From: Vicugna vicugna
Lineage: Eukaryota
Reading direction: 5' to 3'
Length of the DNA stretch: 64,000 nucleotides
Assembly: GCA_013265495.1 (NCBI GenBank)
Contig: MU057711.1
Coordinates: 1,612,001 to 1,676,000 of the forward strand
Part shown: positions 13,041-25,285 of the stretch, one piece after another
Position numbering within the stretch: position 1 is the first letter of the stretch
Layout: the number at the start of each line of letters is the position of its first letter
The notes under the pieces: generated by a model
What the model was told of the DNA's origin: nothing
Databases searched by the model: none
What the model saw: the letters and a program-made list of their open reading frames with translations, nothing else
Translations under genes and position numbers: made by a program

Positions 13041-13148
13041 GATGCTTGTGTGTGTGTGTGTGTGTGTGTGTGTAGGTACTGGGGATTTTGAACTCAGGAC
13101 CTTGTGTATGCCAAGCATACGCTCTACCACTGAGCTATACCCTCACCC
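13041..13148 (-). mobile_element. tRNA-derived SINE, Vic-1-like, with a (CA)n tail
   Basis: Reverse complement of the same family. 16-bp TSD aacagtgataactttt/aacaatgataactttt at 13025-13040 and 13149-13164. Confidence 0.8.
13047..13072. repeat. (TG)13 microsatellite
   Basis: Read directly from the sequence. Confidence 0.95.
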
Positions 13149-14985
13149 AACAATGATAACTTTTATTAAGCGTTTCCAACATGCCAGGCCCTGTGCTTAG
13201 CAAGCCATGAGATGCTCGCCAAATGCTCCCAACAAGGCACAAAGTAGGCACTATTCTTAACCGCCCCCCTTCCCCTGCCAGCTGAAGGAAAGGGAAGCCA
13301 AGGTGAAGATGAATAATTTGCTTGAGCTCACAGAGCTAGTGAAGGGCTGAGCCAGGGCTCAGACTCAGACTTATCCTGTTCCCAAGCTATCAGGCCAACT
13401 CCCCATCACCACCTCCGCTTTCTCTGCCTCACTCAATCCAGCGCCCCCTGCCGTTCAGAGAAGTTTCCATTCTGGTTATGTGCTGCTCATTTATTGTCAG
13501 AGGGCTGCGGAGTGCCAGTTCCATCAGACACGCTTAAATACCCCTGGCAAACATGTTTTACACAAAGGCGCTAGTGATTTACCTACCCGACTCCCCGCCC
13601 TCCAGTTTTTTTGGGGGGGGGTGGTATTAAAGCTTGATTGATGGACCTCTCAGAACTCAACATCAATCACAGAAATTATATTCACTTCTATGATTAATAA
13701 TATCCGATCCCATCTCTTCTCACTAAGATCACATCCTGATAATGTTTTCACCGCTTGACCTTATATGCGATTTTCATTGTAAATAGTTTTGGATCCAGGG
13801 AGGAAACAAGTTTAAATTGAAAGTACAATTAAATCTGCAAGCATCATGACCCTTGCCAGAAGCATTTGGATTTTGAAAGGAGCTCCTGAGAAAGAGGGTG
13901 ATGCTTCTGTGGCAGGTCTCAGACGGCAGGTGCCGGGGCGGGGGGGGGGGGGCCTTTAGCAGCCTCCTCTCCCGTCTCCTGGTGGTCCAGGTTTTTCCCC
14001 TCTTCAGCACGGATGATGGTGCTACCCAGAGGGCGGTGCCCCTCTGACCTGCTTGGCATCCAAGAAGACCCCTGAAGTTCAAAGTCTCGGCCACTGGATC
14101 AGCAGCTTTTGCAGTTTTCTTGGGTCTGTGGTGTCGCCACACCAGTTCCAATCGGCTTCCTCTATAAAGGGGGCAGCAGCTACTCCGGTGACACTGGAGG
14201 AGAGCTGAGGGTCGAGAGGAGAAGGCGGGAGGAAGGCCACGCCTGGAGGAGCTGTCTATCATCTCTCTCTGTTCAACCTGCCATCAGCCCTGGCCCCAGC
14301 TCACACCCCTTCCCCGAAGCCAAACGAAACCCCAACACCTCCTCTTTAGATGGCCTGAAACACACCCTTGGACAGCTCCTTCATCACAACACTCCTTCTA
14401 ACGCCTTCCGCCCACATATTGTTGCATTCACGGGGGGCTTAGCACTTGCAGGCAGTGGTTCATTTATCTTCCAAGATAACCCTGTGAAGTAGGTCCTGCT
14501 ATTGTCCCCATCTTCAGATAAGGAAACTAAGCCACAGAGAGAGCAGTCCCCTCCCCAAAGTTGCTCAGCCACTAAGCCGTAGAGCAGAATTGCAAGCCAG
14601 GCCATGTGACCTGGAGACCAGTCATGGCCCCATGACCATGAGACCCCACGGCACACCCCGAGAGGAGGCCCAGTCAGTCCAGCTCTTCCTGTGGTGCTCC
14701 AGCACCCCATGCCCACCCCTTCCAGGCCCGCCTGGACGCACCTCTGAGGGCCCCTCCCCCACTGGGCCCTGGTGCTCCCTAAGGATAGCCAGACCTAGGG
14801 TTTGAGGTCATTCTGGAGGTGGTGTGATATGGACAGCAGGGCATGTCCGGAGGCAGAGGGACCAAGATGGGGGACAGGAGCGCCAGAGTTGGTATTAAAT
14901 CCAGGTGAAGCCTTCCCCTCTGTGGGACAGGGGCAGGTCTGGGCCCACTGAGGTGGCCACAAGGCTCTCCTACCTGTTGTTTCAG

Positions 14986-15099
14986 AAGAACAAATCTAAG
15001 GGGGTGACATTCTCTGAAGCACCTAGGAAGGAAGAAAAGAAAGCCCAAAACGTCCAGAAACTGCAGGGACAGAATCACCAGGCGCCGCTCTCTGAGCAG
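14986..15099 (+). CDS. C16orf78: C16orf78 coding exon 2 (KNKSKGVTF...APLSEQ, 38 codons)
   Basis: Acceptor tacctgttgtttcAG, donor CAG|GTGACG; 114 nt, phase 0/0. Lys-rich, with the KEEKK motif recalled from the human protein. Confidence 0.85.
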
Positions 15100-15604
15100 G
15101 TGACGCAGCCCTGCCTCCCCAGCCCTGCTACCCCTCCATCCTACATGGGGTATGGCCCCCTTTTTTCTTTTAATTTAAGGCTCTAAAATTCATTCCTGTC
15201 CTACACTAGCACCCACAATTGATCAGTCCACCCGCCGAGCTCCCATCCCCCACCCCGTGCACCCTGGTGGGAAGACTTGCACCTCTGCGGCAGAGTGCGT
15301 TCCTCCCGGGTACCACCTCCCCCTAAAGACCACTCAGGAGTGCCCCTGGAAAGGGGAGGCCTCCAGCAAGGGGCCCCTCATGGCTTCCTTCTGAGCCATG
15401 GGGACAGAGGGAGGAGTGAGCAGGAACCAGAGCATCCCTGTGCCATTGTCCCTGTGCCATTGTCCCAGCGCCGAGAGCCGGTCTCTCCTTTGGCCCCCTT
15501 GCCTGCTTTTCAACAAACCCTTGAACTCGCTCATTTCGGGGGTGAAGGAGGGGGCCCCAGATCCCATTCCCCAGCATGTAACTTCCCTCCAGATCCCCTT
15601 TCAG

Positions 15605-15734
15605 GTCTCGGGGCAAAACGCCAAGGATGAGGAGACCTCTGCCCTGTACAGAAGGCTCTACAAAGTGGAAGCAAAGGGAAAACGCCTCAGCATGGCCCTG
15701 GGCAACTACCCCAAGGACATGCCTAGGAAATCTG
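15605..15734 (+). CDS. C16orf78: C16orf78 coding exon 3 (VSGQNAK...DMPRKS)
   Basis: Acceptor cccctttcAG, donor TCTG|GTAAGG; 130 nt, phase 0/1. YRRLYKVEAKGKRLSM resembles recalled human YRSLYGVEQKGKHLSM. Confidence 0.88.
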
Positions 15735-16674
15735 GTAAGGCAAGCGCCTTGGTCGTGGGATGCCAGAGCTGTCCTCAAAAACACCCCCCCCAGAGGGACG
15801 GAACACTCATACCATCCTTAGGGCAGCTGCATCCACGTCAATCCAACCTCCGTGGACGCAGGAGTGCCACGTGACTCTTTAGGGATCACAGCGCAAGTTG
15901 GGTGTGCTCTGGACCAGAGGCGAGTGGGTGTCAAGGCTCTGTGGGCACCTGCGTGATCTCTTCTCAGGAGCCCATCCTGCCCCCTGGGTTCCTGAAGCCA
16001 TTTTGGTGACATCAACTTCACGTTAAATTAATTAATACAGATACTGTGACAATATCAGTGTCACTGAAGGTACCACGCCTGGTGGCCTGAAACCTGCCAG
16101 GTGCTGCTTGCACCCAAGAAGAGGTGGGTTGGGGTTATGCCAGATACCTATTGCCAAGACTGCTCGGGTTTGAATCCCCGCCCCACCACTCTATATCAAA
16201 CTCAGCGCTGTATCATCCCTAGCAAGTCACTCCACTTCTGGGGTCTAGTTTTCACATTTCTAAAATGGGACAATAACATTGTGTGACCTGTCTCACAGTA
16301 TCATGAGTCGAGGCACGGAATGCACTTAGCCTGATACAAAGTAGCTGCTCAATAAATGTTAGCAAATGGCTATTTCTAAGTTAACATTTTGCTAACATTC
16401 TCAGATGGGCTGTGTTGGAAAAACAGATGCATTTATCATGCCTGGCCTCTTGGGATGGAAGTGCATGGTAAAAAAGAAATCTGAAAGGGATTCCAAATAG
16501 CCCAAAGGAAGAGAGGCAAGAGCTTCCGAGCAGGAACTGCCAGTTCTCCTGTACAAACCACTCCGATTGTGCAACCCCCCACCAAAAGTTTTTTTCCCCT
16601 TTTCGTTTAATACACCAAAGCCATTGTAACCAAACGGCAGTTACCTGCCTGTCAGAATTAAATATGATCAGCTC

Positions 16675-16915
16675 TAAATGCAGCACAGGATCCTAGACTG
16701 AATCCTGGAATAGCACTTCAGTGGAAAAACTGGTGAAATCCAAAACAGCCCTTGTAATGTGCCCATGTTAATTTCTTGTTTCCTGCTTCTGTAAGACATT
16801 AACATCAGGGCAAACTGAGCGTATGTAGACAGGAAGTCTCTGTACCATCTTTGCAACTCTTCTGTAAATCAAAAAGTACTCTGAGATAAAAAGTTCATTT
16901 AAAAATAAAATAGAA
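16675..16915 (+). mobile_element. Old L1M 3' end fragment
   Basis: taaatgcagcacaggatcctagactgaatcctgg...ctctgtaccatctttgcaactcttctgtaaatc followed by an A-rich tail. Confidence 0.7.
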
Positions 16916-17149
16916 AGAGATTGATTTATGCCCTACGGAAAGCCCCAAACCTTTCTCCAGGTTTTCTGTAGCTCCCAGCATCCTGGTCTGCTGGGCCCCA
17001 GAGCATCCATAGACCACACTTCCGGTAGCTGTCCCTGTCTCCCTGAGCTCTTCTCGCCCAGACACAGAGCACATTCCCTTCATTTCTCCCTAGACCTCTC
17101 TCTTGAAGCTTTTGTGTGTAAGGAGACTTCACTGAAGGTCTAGGGCAAC

Positions 17150-18950
17150 AAGGGGAAATAATTATATCACTTATAGTAGGAGATTGTGCTATACCTCTTT
17201 TAGAACCAGAGATAGATCAAATAGACACGACAGGAAGTACCTAGAAGAATCTACCAATGCAATCAACAAACCATACATTTATGCTTGAATAGAGAACACA
17301 AACTTTTATATGGCCCAAGAATATTTACAAAAATCATCTGCATATTCAGTACGAAGAAAACATTAACATTCTATAACAGGAAAGATTTTAGGGCCACTTA
17401 CATTATCCTAAAGCAATAATTAGAAATAAAATTAAAATTAAAAGGTAATCTCAACTGAAATTAAGAAACACTCCTAAAATACCATTATATCGAAGAAAAA
17501 AAAAACTAACAGAAATATGCCTGTTTCACACTAAAATCCATGGGACAAAGGCAAAATCTATGCTCAGAAGACAACCTACAGCACAAACTAAAAGTAGTGG
17601 TTCTTGTCTCCATAAAACAAAAAAAAATTGTTCAAATTATCACTTCTATTAATTTAACAAGATAGAAAAATTATTAGCATGCAAAAGAGAGAATTAATAT
17701 ATTAAATACCAGCTAAGATTAATGAAATACAAGGTAAAACATAGTTAAAAGGATAGACACCAAGCCAGCTTTTTGAAAAAGCAAGTGACAGATAAGATAC
17801 ACTTATCATGAGGCATGTCACAAAGAGTCAAAATATGCAAGATTTTATATAAGAAAGGATACGTAAGCAAAGACAAGAGACACATTAAATGAATTATAAT
17901 AGAATATATATGCACTTCTCCACAAATGCATTTGAAAACCTAGCAGAAATGGATAATTTCCTGTCATAGTATAAATTATCAAAATGGACATAATTAAGAG
18001 TAGAAAAGTTGAATAGAGCAATTTCTGAGGTAAAAATTGAAAGATGGTGGACACTTCCCCACTAAAAAAGGCACCAGGATAAATGGTTCCACACCAAGTT
18101 CTACCTAACATTTAAAAAGCAAATAACCCCAACATGACTTCAACTATGGCAGACCATATTACAATGTAGACATTTCTGTATTAATCTGACAAGCTGTCAT
18201 AACCTTAGTATTAAAATACTATGCAAAAGAGCAGGCCAATCTCACAATAATATAGATGCAAAATGGTATGAAAAATGTTGGCAACTATACTCAGTGTATG
18301 AAAATATAGCAAATATATCCATGTATGAAATGAATAAAGTACCACGACCAAGTGAGATTTATTATAGGAGGTTGCAAATGGTTACGTTATCAAAATCAGG
18401 ATATCTAATAACGTAATTTATTGCATCAGTAAGTTGAAGGAAAACTGCACACTAGAAAAGCAATAAACAGAACCAAACAATTATTACTAATAAAAATCAT
18501 GTAAACTAAGAGTAAAGCTGCTAAACATTATAAAACATATGCCAAAAGTAGTGGCAAATATTCTAAATGATGAAATGCTAAAATCACTTAAATTAAAATC
18601 AGGAACAAAATGAGGCATGACTGTTATCACCATCACTGACATTGGCAGAATCTGTCAAATGCAACACGTCATGAAGAGAACAAAATTTTTATAAATATTG
18701 GAAGCAATGTATTTTCACTTTTCCCCTAATACGGTTGCATTTCTGCAAAACTCAAGGAATTCTAGTCAAAAAATAATAAAATTTGGTATGGTTGCTGGTG
18801 TACTGGAAAAAAAAATTTAACAGTAGTATTTTCTCTGTACTAGTCATATCAGTTAGAAATAGAAATGGGAAGAAAATATTCCATTGGCATATGTAAAAAA
18901 CTGTAAAATACTTAGAATTATATTTAACAGGAAGAAAATAATGAAGATCT
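17150..18950 (+). mobile_element. Degenerate L1M ORF2 fragment in C16orf78 intron 3
   Basis: Strongly A-rich on the + strand, with L1 ORF2 remnants (aaggcaccaggataaatgg, atagatgcaaaa, accacgaccaagtgagattt, aaaatcaggaacaa). No long ORF. Confidence 0.8.
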
Positions 18951-19485
18951 CCGAGCTCTAGCTCCAACAGTATTTCACTTCATACAATCCCAGTATTTGG
19001 GTAACATCAGACACTCACCATTTTGTTTCACATATGTGTGCTTTTGTGCATGTATTCCTCCTGCCCACACATGCTGTTCCTTTTGCCTGCAATACCTTTT
19101 TCCCTTTTTCATCTGATAAACTATTTGTCCTTTAAAAACCCAGCTCAAAGTTTACCTTCTCTAATACTTTCCCCTACCCTCTCTAGACAAAAGCTCACTT
19201 TAGGAGAATTTTCCCTGGGGGGGGGGGAGAGAAGATTGGGAGAAGGAAATGAAGGAAAGAGGGGAAGGGGAGTGAGCTGAGGAGGCAAGGAGACAGGAGG
19301 CACAAAAAGTTGACTAGGGATTAAATGAATGCTAAAAAGGAGAACCTGCCAAAACCTTGAAAAGATCTCATATCTCAGTACTGTTTGAAGCCCCTGCAGC
19401 CTTTCAGGCCTCCTCCCCTGCCTGTCTCCCATACTGCTCACCTCTACCAGGATCTAACTCCCTGGTGACATCTGTCCAATTTCAG

Positions 19486-19738
19486 ACGTAGACATCAAGG
19501 ATGTAATCACTCAAGAGTCCACTCAGCGCTCAATGCCCTACCATCGACAAAGCATCACTGAACCCACGTTACAGGATGCCATCTTCCCCCAGAGAAGGGC
19601 CACCCTCTTCAGAGACTGGGTGGGCAAGATGTCTGACATCTCTTACGAGCGTAAGCTGAAGAGCCTCATGGAGAAGGGTGTGGAGCCCAAGGTGGAGATG
19701 GTGAGGATGCTGAAGCCAGAGGAGGTGCTGAGCTGCCG
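19486..19738 (+). CDS. C16orf78: C16orf78 coding exon 4 (DVDIKD...KPEEVLSC)
   Basis: Acceptor ccaatttcAG, donor CG|GTGAGC; 253 nt, phase 1/2. YERKLKSLMEK and MLKPEEVLSCR match the recalled human protein. Confidence 0.93.
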
Positions 19739-21972
19739 GTGAGCAGCCTGCGTGGGTGGGTACGGATGCATCCTGCAAGGCCAGGCTTTGCTCACGACTG
19801 CCTAGATTCAGACACCTGGGCTGGGTCCGGAGTGTCGGAGGGTGGCCGTAGAGTGTCTGGGCTCTGTTTCTGGGTCCCAAAGGGTTGCTCCAGGGCTGAA
19901 GCTGAAACCCGCTGTGTTTCCAAGCAGCCCCTCTCACTAGTGGACCATCTCCTGGATGGATAAGACATTTAGATGCTGCCATTTTGATGCCACACCTTTG
20001 GACACATACACAACCCTTCCAAAATCTCTATTTGTTTCACAAAAACAACCACGGGTATTATTCACAAAGGAAAGAATGAGTTGTCTGTGGCCTTGTTTTA
20101 ACAGAAAACTCCCCTAGGATCCCTTACACTGTGGTGTTGAATTGTGGGTGATAGTAGCCACCATTCCCAGTGACTATCTGCTGTATGTTTGGGATTTTAG
20201 ACTCCAAAGGGACCATAAACAAAGCATGAAACCATTTGGCATTTACTGTTCTTACCACAGGGTCTCCCTTCTTGCTTGTTCTTTGTCTTACTTATCAAGA
20301 CCCACTGGTTTCCAGCAACACCGAGAACAGCTTGGTTTCTGCCCCCAAATCCAAGCACCCCTCCTTAGTCCAATGTCATTCTTTACTGTAAGGCTGTACC
20401 TGACAAGGTTCGGAAGCTTCAGCAGAGGAGGACAACAGACTAAGGCAGTCATGCTTGCAGAGCTGACAGCAGCAAACTCACCTGTAGGTTTCACATGGCC
20501 TCAGATGCCTGGCATCCAACGACCCCATCACACAGTCCTGCTCTGCTGGCTGACTGGCTGGGATGGATGGGTGGAACGACTGACTGGCTGAAAGATAGAC
20601 AGGCAGCCTCCTTGACTGAAGGAGGCTTTGGCTATGGCTTTCAGATTGATAAAATGGTTTTAATTGACAGCCCACCTAGGCTCCATGGTGGGGAGAAAAG
20701 ACTTGGACAGGGCCCCTGCCCTCCAAGGAGGAGGAGAGAATATTTGGAGAGATGGCATTTAACAGGCCACTAGAATGACATCCAAGAAAAGGATGAAATT
20801 GTCCTTTGGGATCTCAGTGAGTGCCCACATGCGGATATGCGTGAGACCACCTGGGGCTGGGCTGGTTGGGGAAGGGAGGGGCAGACTGTGTCTGGAACAG
20901 TCAGGGGAAGGTGTCCAGGTGTGGGTGGGGACTGAGATGGCTATAAGAACAGGGACACTCTGGGCAGACCTTGAAAGAGAAGGAAGGACCTTCCCAAAGG
21001 GTAGAAACCCCAGGTTCTATCAGCTCCTCCCCCACCATCTGCAGCAAAGTACCCACCAGTGGGCAGCCTGAGTAGGGAGCCCTCCTCCTTATAGTAAAGC
21101 TGGGATCAAGGTCAAAGTTAATGGTGGGGTAAGGGCTATGACGGCAGAGATACTCTCTAAATCACATCGTATAGATAGGATCAGCCCTATTCTTCAATAG
21201 GTCAGAATGTGGAGCTTTAGTAATATTTCAAATTAATGTTTTAATTTTAATTTTTTAACTAAAACAATTTTGTTTGAGTATTATTTTTCAAAAATACTCA
21301 CCTGTATTCCTACAATTTTCTCAGCCTTGATTCCCACTGTCCTGTACTTCCCCCGGCCGTTGCCCTCACTCAGATTATACACACATGGCAGTGATGAAAG
21401 AAAACACGTAACACTTTGCATCCTGGTTTTTTCCTCCCCACTTGGCATGACGTCACAGCCATATTGCACCTTTTCTTCCTAATGACATTTTCACGCTAGC
21501 AGAAGGGTCCTAAAAATGGTTATTCCATTATTTGCTTGACCATTCCTCGGTTGATGGAATTTCCTATTTCCCTATTGCTGATGGCCCTAAATAAACATTT
21601 TATTTATATAGCTTTTCTTTCCACTGACTTGTCTTCTTGCAATAAGCTGAGGACCTGAGTGGAGTCACTAAGTCGAAAATAATAAACCTGTTTGGTTTTT
21701 TGTGTGGGGGGAACAGGGGGTTTCTTGGCTTATATATTGCTAAATTGATTTCCCAAAAAAGTTATACCAATAAAATCTCCCACCAAATCTATGGGGGTGC
21801 TTTGGGGTGTCCCACTCTTTCATGAGATCTCTGTCAGCTCCAGAAATGTCTAGAGAGCCAGTTCCTTGTAGAGAGCCCACACTGGTGCTGCTTAATCTAA
21901 TCTCTTTTCAGTAGAGTTTGGAGCCACAGTGACTCCACCCTCAACTGACCTCTTTGGCCTTGTCTCGCACAG

Positions 21973-22120
21973 ATACCTGAGATTATCCAAGAACAACATT
22001 CGGACCTTGCTCAAGCTGTGCAAGGATGCAGGAATGAACGTGGACATCCATCCCCACATGGTCGAAGGAGAAATAGACGCTAAAAAGGTGTTCAACCAAA
22101 ACACCAGCGTAGCCCTCTAA
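21973..22120 (+). CDS. C16orf78: C16orf78 terminal coding exon 5 (RYLRLSK...NTSVAL*)
   Basis: Acceptor ttgtctcgcacAG; the split codon CG+A gives Arg. IRTLLKLCKDAGMNVDIHPHMVE matches the recalled human C-terminus. TAA ends at 22120. Exons sum to 153+114+130+253+148=798 nt with an open frame. Confidence 0.94.
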
Positions 22121-23564
22121 ATAGCTCCTCTCCCTGGCCACCTCGAGCTGCCTCTGCCGCTGGACCCTCGGCCACCACATGCCACCCTCTGGCACACCAC
22201 ACCTGGCCCTTCAGACCTGGTGCATCCCCTTTAGATGGTAGCAATCAGGAAACAAGGCTAGATTGCTTGGAACATCATGCTCATGTAGTGTTTGTCTTCA
22301 TCATCCACGTCAGAACCAACTCTGGGAAAACTGTGGGTTTCTCCCTGCCCTGCAAAGAGTACTCATTAGGAAAGGCTTCTTAGAAAGGAAATCTTAGAAG
22401 AAGTGACCAATGGGAGTCCAGAGTCCCCAGAGGGACTTCAGGGGGCTGTTGGGGACACACACACCACAGGTCTTGCCTACTATCCCCACGTCCACCCGTG
22501 GGGGACACAGCTCTGTGGGGAGCTGGCTCTCATGTGGGGGGTGGGTATCTGATCTGGAGAGCAAGAGGGGGAGAATTCTATCAGTTCAGGGAAACAGGAT
22601 TACTCAAAGAAGCCACAAAGCGCTAAGAACTTGCTCAGAGTCCCACAGGCGAGAAGCTGCAGGGCTGGGATGAGAAGAGCGTCCTCACCTTAGTCTCTCA
22701 TTCTGCCTTCTTGTGTGATGGAGACACCGGCAAACTCCACAGGACAGTTCAGAGACACTGCTTTTCTGTCATGGAGCAACTGCCCACTGAGGTTACAATT
22801 CTAGTCCCTGTAAGCATTTCAAGTAAGTTCAAATCCCAACTGCCCCACTTACTAGCTGTGTGACTTTCAGCAAGTTACTTCCCTTCTCTGTGCCTTTGCT
22901 TCCTCACCTGGAAAATGGGGCTTGTGATAGACCCGCTGAGTGGAGATGCTGAGAAGAGGAAACAAGAGCTTGCATGGGAAGCATGAAGTACAGGCACTGA
23001 CACACAAGAGCTCAACAAACATGTGAGCTGTTCCCATAGTCCTTGGGGTGGATGTGGAGCAGGCTTCCCAGCCCCGACTTCCCCAGAAGGGGTCCTCAAA
23101 ACTGGGCCCTTCCATGTGAGTCAAACCCTGTTGAAAACCTATGCCCCTCATGGCAAACCCAAAAACTGATGGTCCCTGAGCCTGCAGGGGCTAGTGCACA
23201 CCCCTAGGGGGCCACTAGTCAGGTTTTACTTTCCGCCTCCATATACAAAAAGGGCGAGGATTCTACTGCCCCGCCCCCACCCCAGATGTTTTCTAAATCT
23301 TCATGCCCCACCTCGAGGCTCCAAAGTGACCCCCTGAAAGTGAGTGGGTCTCTCCACGTAAGTCATTAGGCTTTGGACTCAGAGTAAAGTTTTGGCGGCT
23401 TCCACTGCCTCGCCCACCTCCACCAACATACACCCACTCAAGTCACCACTAAGGAAAAGCAGAGCCCCTTGGAGTTGGAGACAGGTCTAGAGCACAGCAC
23501 GCCTGCAATGGATTTGTAAGCTATGCCACAAAGGTTTGTTTTGTTTTTTCCCTTGGGCTTGGTA

Positions 23565-24790
23565 TTCATTCACTTAGCAAATATTTCTTGAGGACTTACT
23601 ATATGCCAGGAACTGTTATAATTTCTGGGGATGAAGCAGGAAACAGAAAAAGACACAAGTCCTGCTCTCCTGCAGCTTATGTCCTAGTTGAGGAGTGACT
23701 ATGCCCCTCAACACAAGTACTTTCAGCAACTAATGAGAACATAGAATCAGGTGCAATGAAAGTAAAGGACTGAGCGAGGGTCAGGGAGGAGTGAGAGCTT
23801 TAGCTAGAGTGGGCAGTGCAGGCCTCTCTGAGGAAATATTTGAGTTAATACGTGGCTGAGGAGTATGTGGATCCAGGAGGGCCTGCTCCAGCAGAGGGAA
23901 CAGCGAGAGCAAAGGCGTGGGCATGGGACAGAGAGCACAGTCACTGTGGCTGAAGTAGAGCTGGGAAGGAGAGGTGGGGAATCAGGCCCTGAAGATTATG
24001 GTCCAGAGTTTGGAGTTCATTCAATTACAACAAGAAACCATCGGGGGCTGACAATGGAAGAGACATCACTCTGGCTTCTGAGAAGAGAAAATGGTGTGAG
24101 AGGGACAGGACAGCATGGTGGCTAGTAAAGGAGATGTGTCAGTTAGCTATGGCTGTGTAACAAATTTTCCCAAAACGTAGTTTAAGGAACGTAATTCCTC
24201 ATGAGTCCACAGGTCAATCAAACCATTCTGATCCAGGCCAGGCTTGGCCAGTCTAGGCTGGGCTTGTGTGTTGGTAGGTTAGCAAGTAAGCTCACTGAGG
24301 GTTGGCTGGTCTACAGTAGCTTTGACTCAGATGTCTAGTCTCTGCTACGTGTGTATCATCCTCCAACAGGGCTTCTGCTTATGGTGGTGGCAGCATTCCA
24401 AGAAGTGCACTCAGAACTGGTACACTGTCACCTCATTGCAGTCTCTTGCAGCCAGAGCAATTCCCAAGGTCAGCTCAGAGTCAAGGGTGGAGAAGCAGCA
24501 AAGTCATATTGCCAAGGGTCTGGATGCAGAGGGAAGTACAGGATTATGCACACTTTTGCAATCAACCTACCACAAGCGGCTACCATGTACTTCAAGCAAG
24601 AGAAGTTGGAGGCTTAAAGTACAGTGATCATGGTGGAAGCAAAGAATTGAGAATATGTGTTGGAGGCAGAGCTGACAAAATTTGGCACTGGATTGGATGC
24701 AGGCATGAAGGAGAGGAGTCAAGGATGACCCTTGAGTCACCCTTTGTCCAGGGTGACTGTCGGGTGTGCCTAAAATGAGATGGGCAGGAG
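23565..24790 (-). mobile_element. L2 LINE fragment split by an MLT1 LTR
   Basis: Starts attcattcacttagcaaatatttcttgagg; L2-like text resumes after about 24575 (ggcagagctgacaaaatttggcactggattggatg). Confidence 0.7.
24136..24572 (-). mobile_element. MaLR LTR (MLT1F/H-like)
   Basis: tgtgtcagttagctatggctgtgtaacaaa...ttttgcaatcaacctaccaca. Confidence 0.7.
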
Positions 24791-24899
24791 GCAGGGATCC
24801 AGCTGAGGCTGGTTAGGTGGGAGAGCATCCACGATGCTGTTCCCGTGGTCGTGAGGGGCCACTGGCAGGCGTTCAGTAGGAGAGTGATGTGGTGAAGGA

Positions 24900-25285
24900 C
24901 AGATTGGATGGCAGCCCACGTACCCAGGCTGAGAACAGCAGATGTTTGTTTTCTCACAGTTTGGGAGGCCAGAAGTCAAAATCAAGGTGTCGGCAGGATC
25001 ATGTTCCTTCTGAAGCCTCGAGAGAAGGAATCTTCCTCTCCAATTCCAGCTTCTGGGCTTGTGACATCACTCCAACCTCTGCCTTCGTCTTCACACATCT
25101 GTCTTCTCTGTGTGTCTCTGTTTTTCCTGTAAGAACACCAGTCAGATTAAATTAGGGGCATGCTATGACCTCATCTTAGCCTGATCATATCTGCAAAGAC
25201 CCTATTTTCAAATAAGGTCACATTCCGGGGTACTGGGGCTTAGAACTTCAACATATCCTTTTGGGGACACGGTGTAAACCACAAC
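24900..25285 (-). mobile_element. MaLR LTR (MLT1B/C-like)
   Basis: ttctcacagtttgggaggccagaagtcaaaatcaagg...ctgcaaagaccctattttcaaataaggtcacattc. Confidence 0.8.

Noticed and set aside
17150..18950. Functional reverse transcriptase or domesticated L1 ORF
   Set aside because: Many stops and frameshifts; no long ORF on the L1 sense strand.
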